Source: Squalus acanthias (Eukaryota). From it: a stretch of DNA of 64,000 nt. The notes beneath the pieces were generated by a model. That model made no database searches. It was not told the origin of the DNA and saw only the letters and a list, made by a program, of their open reading frames with translations. Below, piece after piece: positions 51,701-62,086 of this stretch; the stretch's first letter is position 1; every line of letters begins with the position of its first letter. Where the stretch lies: assembly GCA_030390025.1 (NCBI GenBank), contig CM059432.1, positions 93,126,001-93,190,000 on the forward strand. The letters run 5' to 3'. The position numbers and the translations under genes are program-made.

Positions 51701-53119
51701 TTAAAATGCACGTGCGTTGTATAGGTACTGCTCGTGAGTTGCATATATTTCATATTCAGTAGTTGAGTACAGATTTCATTTGCAGCGCTAATGTTGTATA
51801 CAGCAGGATGTTACAAGAAAACATTTTTATTACAGTCTTAATTTCATTTTTGTTTGGGGTGTTGTAAATTCTGAATGCACTTTAATACCTCCCCCTGTGA
51901 TGATTTATAGCTCTACTAATCAGGGTGACTATAGCTCACTTGCAACTTCATTAATCATGAGTTATGCAGGCAGCTACCATGAAATCCCCCTTCTATTATT
52001 TACAGATCTGGCCAACACATGCTGCCAACACATGCTGCCAACAACACTGATGTGGTTCCTCACTTTCCAGTGAACATAACAGTGCAAATCCTGAAAGGTG
52101 TGTGCAATATTAGTAACATGTTTCTGACAAAACAAAATAGTAAACATCTGCTTCACATAGTGGAACATGCTGGGCTAACGCTTCACCCCAGCAGCTAGTT
52201 CTAGTAGGAGGCTTGCTAATAACGTTCCTGTTGAAGTTCTACTCCTATTTCCGATTAAACCCTTGGTTTATTTTGTTTGAAAACAGGCGAATTCCAGAGT
52301 AATCGGATATAATCACATGAAATAAATTGACTGTGATTTACCAAAGAGTCACATTGTACAGACCACTGAACTGCACTTTGAAAACAACGTCCACCTCAGC
52401 AATAACAAGAGGAAAGTTCCACATCACTGTTACAAATGGGATGTATTCAATTAATATATAAGGAAAATGCAATGTCTGTGGGCTTAGCAGAAATCATGAA
52501 ACGTTTGACTTTTGTTTTAATGAAAGATGCTTATGAATAATTAAAGCAGGAATTCACCACGAGCTCAATTACGTTCTTGGAGTTCTTTAGGTGTTTTACG
52601 GCGTTGTGTCTGCTGTTTTGTTTGCAGTACGTTCTATATTTATATGTTTGTACAGCACAGTTCTGCATGTACAGAATGCTACAAATAACTGCATCGTGGC
52701 AATGATGAAAACTGTTCAGCAAAGCCAACAAGGTGGGTGTGATCTCACATAATGGAATCTGCGCTGAATTCTCCAAACTAGGAGCAATCTCAAGGAGGTT
52801 TTTTTTCTTTTGTTGCTTTTTTCAGAATCTCCCACACCATGTACTTTGCACCCCATCCAGAGGACAGGAGATCTACTTCCCAGGCCTCTCTAGTTAACCA
52901 GAAGAAAGGGTGCAAAAGCAGTCTAGTCTGGATCTCCCTCTGATCTTCCCATGCCTCCCTTTAGGGAAACATCTGGTCTTCACTTGGTGCCTCGCTAAGA
53001 TTGCTGGGCTGAGATTGAGCAAAATGAATTGTGGACTCAAAACACATCTTACCACACTCTGTGACATGTTGTGACACTGTGCTGCCTGCATTGTGAGAGG
53101 TTTTAAAACAAAACCCTTT

Positions 53120-53862
53120 GGGGGAAAAATTCAGCTGCTTGCGCCTCCCGTTAGCGCCTTAAGAGGGCGCTAATGGGGCGTAAAGCAGCTAACGCCCGGG
53201 CGCAGCGCCGCCCACGCCTCCCGAAAAATTTAGTGGGAGGTTAGCGGCGGCGGCAGCCGGTAGCGCCCTGTGGCGCTGCGCCGCCGGCGATGACGTCATC
53301 GCCGTGCGCAGCACCCCGCTCGCGCCCCGGCCGTGATCTTCAGTCGCGCCCCCTGATTTACCGCCAGACGCTATGTCCGACGGGTTCAGGGAGGCGTACG
53401 TGCGGCCGGGGCGGCGATATTTAAAGCGGAGGTGGCAGGCGGCCATTTTTGTTGCTGGCCGCCTGCCAGCACCTGCCCCCGGCCCCCGTGAAGCCCCCCC
53501 ACCGTGAAGTGCCGGCTGCGCTCCAAGAGCCCGGCACTTCTCTTGAGTGCCGGGCTCTTTTGCCGGCACTCCCGATCCCTGGGGGCCCAGCTGGGCCCCG
53601 GTTCGCGCTGCGCAGGGTCCCTCCCCTTTAAGAAGGGGAGGAAGGCCTGCAATACCGCGGCGCGACGTGCCGCAGCGCCGCCAGGATATTCACTCGCAGC
53701 GCCCCAAGAGGGATGCGGGCTGCTTCCAGTTGCGCCCCGCTTCCCTCTTGGGGCGCAACCACTGAAGTTCCGGCGCGGGGCCGCTAATTTTTTTCGGGGC
53801 GCTAAAAGTCGCGCCCCGGCGAGGTTAGCGCCCCAAATGGGGCGCGACTCAATTTTTACCCC
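53120..53862. mobile_element. GC/CpG-rich Harbinger MITE related to H1 (743 bp)
   Basis: TIRs GGGGGAAAAATTCAG / CTCAATTTTTACCCC; TTT TSD; subterminal gcgcctcccgttagcgc resembles the H1 end. Confidence 0.88.
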
Positions 53863-55712
53863 TTTCTGTCTGGATATTTCTGGCAACTGCTTAAGTTCTT
53901 CCTGTTCCTTGATAATATTTTGTGCAGGCCATTCATGCCTTTAGCTTTGGAGTTGTTACGTTTTTATAGCTTCACCAGATATTTCTCTCATGCTCAGTGC
54001 CAAAGACCACTCCTGTTAGCAATCCCTTGCTCCCTACGAACTAGTATGTGGGACATAATTTGCATAATATTTCAGCATTACCCATGGTCAAACAGAAACT
54101 ATGTTGCTGTAATTAGCTTGCTGCATTGACATGTTCTCTCTTGTGTTCACCAAGGCTTTGGACAATAGAAGAATAAACACACTAGAGAGGAAGCAGTAGC
54201 AGAAAATCAACAGCATATTTCAACTGATTACAGAATTATTGACTATTATCTCCTCAGCTACAAAAAAAGATAAGATCTGTGGCAGTTCGCTAATTGCCTT
54301 AGTCGTGCTGAATTTGGACCAGTTGTCTATAATATAACTTATACATGAGCTTCTGTCTACAAACACATAATCTTCAGTCTCCATCTTGAGAGACTCAGAA
54401 GAAATGAGGAAGTTTGGAGCAGGATCAGATGACTCCATCCCCCAGATAGGTTCCTTGCGAATGCTGCTCACGCATTGCTTGTGAGAATCGTACCACGGCA
54501 CTTGGTACAGTGGAATGGTCGGTTGAGCATCCCAGTGTCTGTGTTCCATGGGATGCATAGAATCCTGTTGGAAAGATGTGCCACCCCTGCACTATGCACC
54601 TCTGGCACCGTGCTTTCTAATCTGTCTTGTGCAAAGGCTGCTGTCACACAGTCCCTGCAGGACTTTTCAGTCACACTTAATTCTACGTAAATATGTTGTA
54701 ATCTATTCAAATTAGTTCCACTTAACTCTGATTGACAGTTTGTAACACATGGCTAGCTCCCAGCTCAGTTCTTCCCAGGTCCTATCTCCCAGTTCCAATC
54801 CTCCTATTAGCTGCAGCGCAGCACTATGAATTAGCATGGTAAGCTGAAAGAGTCACGTTTTGAGGACTCCTTTGAAAAACAATCCTTCTCCTTCCTCCCA
54901 CCTTTCCAGCATTAAGCTCGCAGTCTTTTCTTCCTCGTGTTCTGTGCCCTGTCACTGCTTCCCTGTGTTTCTGAAGCCTCCGCGGTTGCTTTTAAACTAC
55001 TTACTGTGGCCGGTGGCTGCTTCACATTTCCTCAACAATGCACTTGCACCCACTTCCTCCACTAGCTGCTGCTTTTACAATATATATAACAATATTTTTC
55101 ATGATTAGGCATCACTCCAAGCGGATGAGCAGATAAAGAACTAGCAAAGTTGTGAGAACAATGCTTGACACTAAAGGCCAGAGGCAAACATGTCAAAGCA
55201 TACTGTTTGGGGGCGATTTTCTCAGCCCTGAGGAGGCGGGAAGATCGAAAAAAATGAGTGCGGGTTCGGAACCCGCCTCCAACCCGCCTCTGCGCAATTT
55301 TGCCGGTGCCGGTTTTGCAGGGTGGGAAACGGTCCCGCCTCCAGCAGGCCAGAGAGGTTGTTAAGAGCCTTAAATGGTTGTTAAGGGCCTCTCCAATCCT
55401 ATTTTGAGAGGCCCTCGTTATTTTTTGACATTTTCAGCGTGTTGCACGACCCTCCTAAACCACGCCAGCTAATCCTGGTGAGTTGACAAGTGGGTGGCCT
55501 CCTCACAGCTGCAGCTCCACCATTAAAACGGAGCTTTCATCAGGGATTAGTGGCAGGTGGCAGAACTTTGCTTTAAAAGGTCTTTCAGCACTTTTAGCAG
55601 GCCTTCCGAAGTCGGAGGTGCTGCAGCTTCTATCTATCAACTGTGGGACCTCTTGGAAGACCTCTCCCCGCTTGGAATGAGCGCTTCCCCAACGGAGGTA
55701 TCTGCCAGCAGC

Positions 55713-56940
55713 ATGGGAACCATTCGTTTCCTTTCACCATGGACCTCAGATTCGGATGAGGAGCAGCCACGGCAGCAGCAGAATCAGGCAGCTCAGCAGC
55801 AACAGCAGCAGGAGCCCCAACCTCCTGCTCAGCCACCTGATGCTGCACAGGGTAGAAGGCGCCAGCGCATCGAGGCACCTCGCCGCAGGAGATACCCCCG
55901 ACAGAGGGTTACAGACAGAGGATGAGCTACCTCAACATAAGTGAGCAGCAGTGCCAAAGGAGGCTGAGACTTTCGCGAGAGGTTGTCCGAGAGATCTGCG
56001 GACTGCTGCAGCAAGACCTGGTGCCCAGAGGAACGGGTGGACACCCCATACCAGTGGCTGTCAACGTCACCACCGCACTCAACTTTTTTGCCTCAGGCTC
56101 CTTCCAGGGATCATCAGCAGACATCAGCGGCATCTCCCAGTCGGCTGCCCACAGTTGCAGGTTACCGATGCCCTTTTCGCAAAGGTGCACAATTACATCC
56201 AGTTCTCAAGGGATCAATCAAGTATAACCGCGCGTTCGGTTGGCTTTGCAAATATGGCAGGCATGCCAATGGTGCAGGGCGTCGTAGACTGCACACATGT
56301 GGCCCTTAGGGCACCCCATCACAACCCAGCTATCTTGGTCAACCGAAAGGGCTTCCACTCCCTCAACGTACAACAGCTGGTGTGTAACCACAAGAAGGAG
56401 TTTTTGCATGTTTGCGCCAGGTTCTGTGGTAGTTGCCATGACTCTTTCATCCTGCGGCACTCTAGTGTTCCTCCGCTTTTCAATCCGCCAAACCAACTTA
56501 ACGGATGGTTCCTTGGTGACAAAGGCTACCCCCTGAAGAAGTGGCTAATGACGCTGATCAGGAGGCCAGCTAACGAGGCTGAAGAGCGCTACAACGCCAG
56601 CCACACTTCGACCAGGTCCATCATCGAGCAAACCATTGGGTTGTTGAAGATGCGATTCCGATGCCTTGACCGATCAGGTGGAGCCCTGAAGTATACACCA
56701 TACAGGGTCTCCAGAATGGTCGTGGTCTGCTGTGCACTGCACAACATGGCACAGCGTCGTGGCTTGCAGCTTCCTGATGAGTAAGTGGCTCAGTTCATAG
56801 CCTCCTCAGATGAGGATGAGGAGGCTGAGGAGGAGGAGCAGGAGGAGGACCGAGCGCCGGTCTATCGACCAGCAACAGCACGCGAGCACATGGCTGCCCG
56901 TGATGCAAGGGATGAACTTATCCTGGTCAGATTTGCATAG
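55713..56940 (+). pseudogene. H4 Harbinger transposase
   Basis: [31 protein letters not shown] and CCALHN motifs; frameshifts near 55910 and 56155; premature TAA at 56782. Confidence 0.93.
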
Positions 56941-57177
56941 GATGCCCATGTTGACACATGTCCTTGACTCCATCTTAAGACATCACAGACAATGGACATG
57001 ACTCTCTGGCCTCCTTTCACTCTGGCCACCAACCTGACAACGCAAGTGTCGCGGAGCCCGCAATGTGGAGCTGCCTAAGGCGAAAGAACAGATACCATCA
57101 CGCCAACATTTTACCATCAAATCATTTTAATGCTTTCCAAGAGGGATGGCATTTCATCAATACACAAACATTCACCC

Positions 57178-57365
57178 AATCTGCACACAGATCTGGAGGT
57201 TATATCCCTTGCCAGCTGGACCCACACAGCCTTGGTTTCTTTGGGAGGCCTCTTCCTCCCAGATGAGTGAAAGAGCACCTCCCTGCTAGCCCTCACCCCC
57301 TCAACCAACATTTGCAGCGCTTCATCCGAGAACCTCGGGGAGGCCCTTGCCTTGGAATTGGACAT
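57178..57365 (-). pseudogene. H4 Myb gene, exon-1 fragment
   Basis: MSNSKARASPRFSDEAL...VWVQLARDITSRSVCR, nearly identical to H3 exon 1. Confidence 0.88.
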
Positions 57366-57651
57366 AGTGGTTTCTCAAAATATGTTGCAGGTGGTGCAGC
57401 ATTGACAGAAATCCAGTGGAATGATCCAAAGCAGCAAGCAGCCCTTAAATGAGGCTGGAAAAGTGATGTCAGCAGAGGCGAGTTTCAGTCCCAAAACACT
57501 AATTGACCAAGGGCATCCCACACCTCTGAAATCAACTGGCCAATCAGGGGAAAATCGCAATTTTTTCAAACCTATCAGTGGAGGGGGGTTTGGAACCCAC
57601 CCAAACCGAAACCCGCCTCCAGTGGGAAAATTGCCCCCTTTGTCTCTCATT

Positions 57652-58468
57652 GGGCTGGATTTTGTCAATGGGGACTTGATGGAGGCGGGACTCCCACTTT
57701 TTGGGTTGTAGTCCCGCCTCCATCGACTTGTGGCCAACCCACTGTATTTTCCCTTGATTGACCTTGTTAAGCCCGCCCAGCGGGCTTAGCAGGCCAATCA
57801 AGGGTCCCTTGGATACAGGTGACGCCAGCCATTGAAATTTCATCTGTCAAGAGCTTTTGACAGATGAAATTTCAGCGTTTGACAGCTCTGTGAAGCTGTC
57901 AAACACTGACAATATGATTTCTAACTTGAGTCCCTGTACTTAGACTCAGTTAGAAATCAATCCAGCACAGAAAGCAGAGACTGCAGCTTTTGACAGCTCC
58001 GCGGCCATTCTGCTTTCTGTGCCGTGGATGCAAGGGACTCCCGACACCTTAGCCTGCAGGACAAAGTTAAGGTAAGTACAAGTTCTTAAAACACTTTACA
58101 CACACCAAACACACTTACCTCTGCACTCATGCACCCATCACTCACCTGCACATCTCGACCCCTCCAAGCCCTCCAGACCGACGGTCCGCCTCGCTAAATC
58201 GGCGTGGTTCGGACCTGTCGGGAAGCCCACACTTCAGTGCTAAAAATAGGGATTAGGCAAAAAACTGCCTGTTAACAGGCAGTTTATTGGCACTAATCCC
58301 CTTCCCACCTCGGGGAGGCGGGTCCCAGCACAGGTCGGGTACTCACCTCCTGTGAAACTGGCATGGAGGCGGGTTGGGGGCGGGATGAGTTCGGGACCCC
58401 CGAATCTGCTATTTTCCCACCTCACACACCTCCAAACCCGCCTCCACGGGTCAATGAAAATTCTGCCC
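57652..58468. mobile_element. Harbinger-type MITE (817 bp) with multi-hairpin core
   Basis: TIRs GGGCTGGATTTT / AAAATTCTGCCC; ATT TSD at 57649-57651 and 58469-58471. Confidence 0.82.
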
Positions 58469-61400
58469 ATTGTGTCGACATTAAAATTTCATAGGTGCAT
58501 TTTTTTTTCCCCAGAGGGAATTTCCGGGCTAAAATTTGTGCTCCTGGAATGGAGCTTCTCCCACTGTCAGTGCAACTTACAAATTCAGGTGCATGCCCCC
58601 TGATTTTCCACACAAACTGGACAGAAAATCAAGGAGAGCGTGTGCAAGAATTTCCAAAATATGCTTCCAATGGGTGAAGCTCCATATCGGAAGTGCAAAC
58701 TCATCAAATTACAGTGAAACCTGCATAAACAGACACTCCCAAAAACAGGACACCTGCAAAAAACAGACACTTACTGAGTGACCCAAATAACTTACGTGGT
58801 AAAATATACAAGAGGTACTCTGAAACCACCGACACTCTCAAATTACGAACTACGGAGAGCCTTCAATGCACCAAGCCCTTTTACAACTTAAGGCATGGAA
58901 CACAATCAGCGCCAGGCTTTGTGAAAGAAATGGCTTTTGTGGAATGGGGAGCTCTTTACCCAGCATACATAGCGGCAGAGAAACCGCTCTATCCCTGGGA
59001 TTGACTGCTTGCACGGCTCTATCCTAGGGATAATATTTTTCTTACTTCCACTTTGTTGAATATAAACCATTCATTTTGCCTATAATGTGAGTATTGCCTA
59101 TACCTGCGTTCATCACACCTCAAGTATTTAAATGTAAATTTGAATAATACCACTGTTGTACGTGATTGGTTGAAATTATTCATTTTACCAATCCAATTGC
59201 TCCAAAGAATTTGTAAAGTTAGTTTTAGTCCAGCTAAAAATTTAATGGTAAAAGTAACATTTTTAACATAAGAAACCCATTATAAAATTAAATAATTCTG
59301 AATAAAATACTTATTCTTACTCAGAGTTGTCAATACCATATTGTAAATCCTTGGAAATATTTACTTTGAGAGGCCGACTCCTGTGTTGTAAGCCAATATG
59401 GAGTTCTTGGCTGGAGCTTGAATTATTCGGCTGGACTTTGCTGGCCATTTTATTTATAGATGCCATGGTTCCAACTAATTGGCACTGTCCATGTTAATCA
59501 AGACAAGCCGCTCCCTTCTTCATTATGGCCCCAGAAAACTGGTTAATAATCCTTCCCTTCTGAGTTTTATGAAAATTCATACAGCTTGCTAGGACTTGCT
59601 GTTTACAAGCCCGGCCCCTTCTGGTCCAGTGGAAAATCCCAGAATCCTATGAGGTAACAGAATTTGTGCCTGCATAAAAACCCATAAATTGTTACAACAG
59701 TTGTGTCTTTTCTTTATACCAAGAACTTCAAAACATTGATTATTCATATAAATAAATTTCTGTACATAACTGTGATATTTGTTTATTTATTTGGCTATGG
59801 TTAAACAAATTGCTGTTTATTTATTTACAGGAATCAATCAAAAACATTTGCTGCACTGTCTTTGGGAGGATCTCTTGCAAACATCTTCCCAAATTCTTTT
59901 CCTCGCAATGTACACCTTCCCAAACTTCCATGTGTCAGAAAACCCTGCTTACAACACCGTAAACTCTGACTCGCTAGTATATAAAAATGGTATATCTAGC
60001 GCACATTTTGCCCATTATACCACACTTACTGTGTCATACTTCGTCCACCCACCAGCTGATTGGCTGAAATTTCATATTCATAAAAAGGTAACAAATCAAA
60101 ACTTTCTAGGTCGGCAACATACAAATCGAAAGCAAAGAAAGTGGTTAGAAACCTACCATCAGACTACAGGCTGCAAATATGCATTCGGAACTCAGCTTAA
60201 CAACATTAAGGCCCAAATGAAGAACTGAATCTCCAGGCACCCACTTTAAATTGAGCCTGAGGCTCAATTATTGCTGCTGCTTTCTTTTCTTACAGTCACC
60301 CACTGCCAGTTTTGTGAGGGCATGGCCACTCTGGGATCTGCACAATGCTGCCAGACCCCCGGACTACCCCCCAGTACTGACCAATTTCAGTGCATCCGAA
60401 CCCTCCCAATTTCTACTAAATGCAGGATCATCCCACATTCTTGGATATCCTAGAGCTGTAATCATCAGGAACACCCCTCCAATGTTTCCAAACCCCAGGA
60501 TCCCAGCTCCATGACACTAAACTGCCAGAGCCCTTTCTCCAGCGCCTCCAAACATCAAGAACCTGCCCCCAAAGTTTCTACATTCCCTTAAATGCTCCTC
60601 AGTTGTATGCATGCTCCTAGACTTCAATATGGCAAAATGGACAGAATCATGGAAATGAATTCCCAGAACACGAGTACAAAGAATACCACGTAATAAAAAT
60701 GGGATTGGAGTCACCAGTGGCCCTAACAGTGCACGGTACGTTACGTGGGATGACATTACTGTTGTTATAAAACAGCATATCCTCCCATTAACTGCAAACA
60801 ATGCCACAGGAGATCTGCTAGCGTGTGTGTGAGAGAGAGAGAGGGAAATAACACAGAATCTTTACTATCTTCTCACAGAAATGTTGAAACGCCTAGTATA
60901 TAATCAGTAATTAGATTATTGGAGTAAAAAAATGACTGTAAGGCACAATTACAGGAAATCAAAGGATAAATGCAGTTTTTTATTCTGTTACTGATTTCAG
61001 TGGAAGCCAATCAAAGCAATCAATCATGAGGGTCTATTTCTAGAGTTTCAAAAAAGTGTAGCACAGTTACAAATTGTGCGGAACAAAAGCTACCTCCTCT
61101 CTGCTTCAACTTCAATCAGAACCTTCAGAGTCTATTGCTGGATCAGGGACCTGTGCATCAACAAAGAAGATAATAGACGGCTGCTAAAGCAGTAATCCAA
61201 TCATGCAACTCTGATGAGGTCATTAACTGTGAGAGCAAAACAAACCTCTGGGGAAGGGGGAAGGATATGATTATCATCAGAACTATAAAATTGAGTTACG
61301 TTTTTAAATTCTACCAGACCATTTTTTTTAACAATTTTACATGAAAAGAAACCCTTACTTTTAGGTATCAATTGCATAAAATATGATCGGCACATAAAGT

Positions 61401-62086
61401 AGATGAAGACTATGAAGGTAATGGAGACAATGATGTTGGACCTGAAGGTGTTTTGATATTATGTACAACATTCTGACAGAGGATTGTGAAGAAATAAACC
61501 AGAACCTATATAGTATGTAGAGTGAAATGGACACCCAGGAGTGTTAGCAAGCTGGTAAACCTGAGGGGTTAACTAATATCATAAACCATGCGAGTCAACC
61601 TTGAGCTGTTTGGAGCAGTCATCTGAGCCTTGAGATGAGGTTACAGCTAAAACTATTTCCATGGGTCCATCATTTTTATATATTTTAAATTATGTTTTCC
61701 TCCTTTTTTCTGCCAACTTTCTCATCTCCGGAAGCCATTTGCCGGCGTCTGGTTAACTGAGCCCTCAGATACCTCATTCACATAACCATTCTTCAAAACA
61801 GCCTTGACATCAAGGACCTCCACCCACGATGCACTGCCGGAAACCGACAGCATTTTCCAGGAGGGTGCGTTTTCAGCGGTATTCCCAATGAATATGAAAT
61901 GGTGACTGTTGAGGTAACTTTTGGAGAACTGATGGTCTGTTGAAAATCCAAATACCACTTTACAAAAAATTTTAATCAATCAGTTGTAAAATACAAAGTG
62001 CTTAAAAGTAACCATAATATATAGGTTTTAATGTGAAAATGCATTTTTTTTTAATGGGGAAGTGTAGCAGCCGAAGACTGTGAAAA

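Larger units (their letters stand above)
55209..57638. mobile_element. Harbinger transposon H4 (same family as H3, opposite orientation), Myb gene mostly deleted
   Basis: TIRs GGGGGCGATTTT / AAAATTGCCCCC; TTT TSD; deletion junction at about 57178. Confidence 0.92.

Noticed and set aside
53120..53862. Host-gene CpG-island promoter and GC-rich ORFs
   Set aside because: Bounded exactly by TIRs and a TSD, so it is a MITE; the ORFs reflect high GC content.
54220..54710. Overlapping minus-strand ORFs as a possible exon
   Set aside because: No recognisable similarity or convincing splice sites; possibly an ancient repeat.
61722..61979. Candidate upstream ZNF704 exon
   Set aside because: No recognisable family motif, ends in a stop codon, and lacks a clear phase-2 GT donor compatible with exon 43875.
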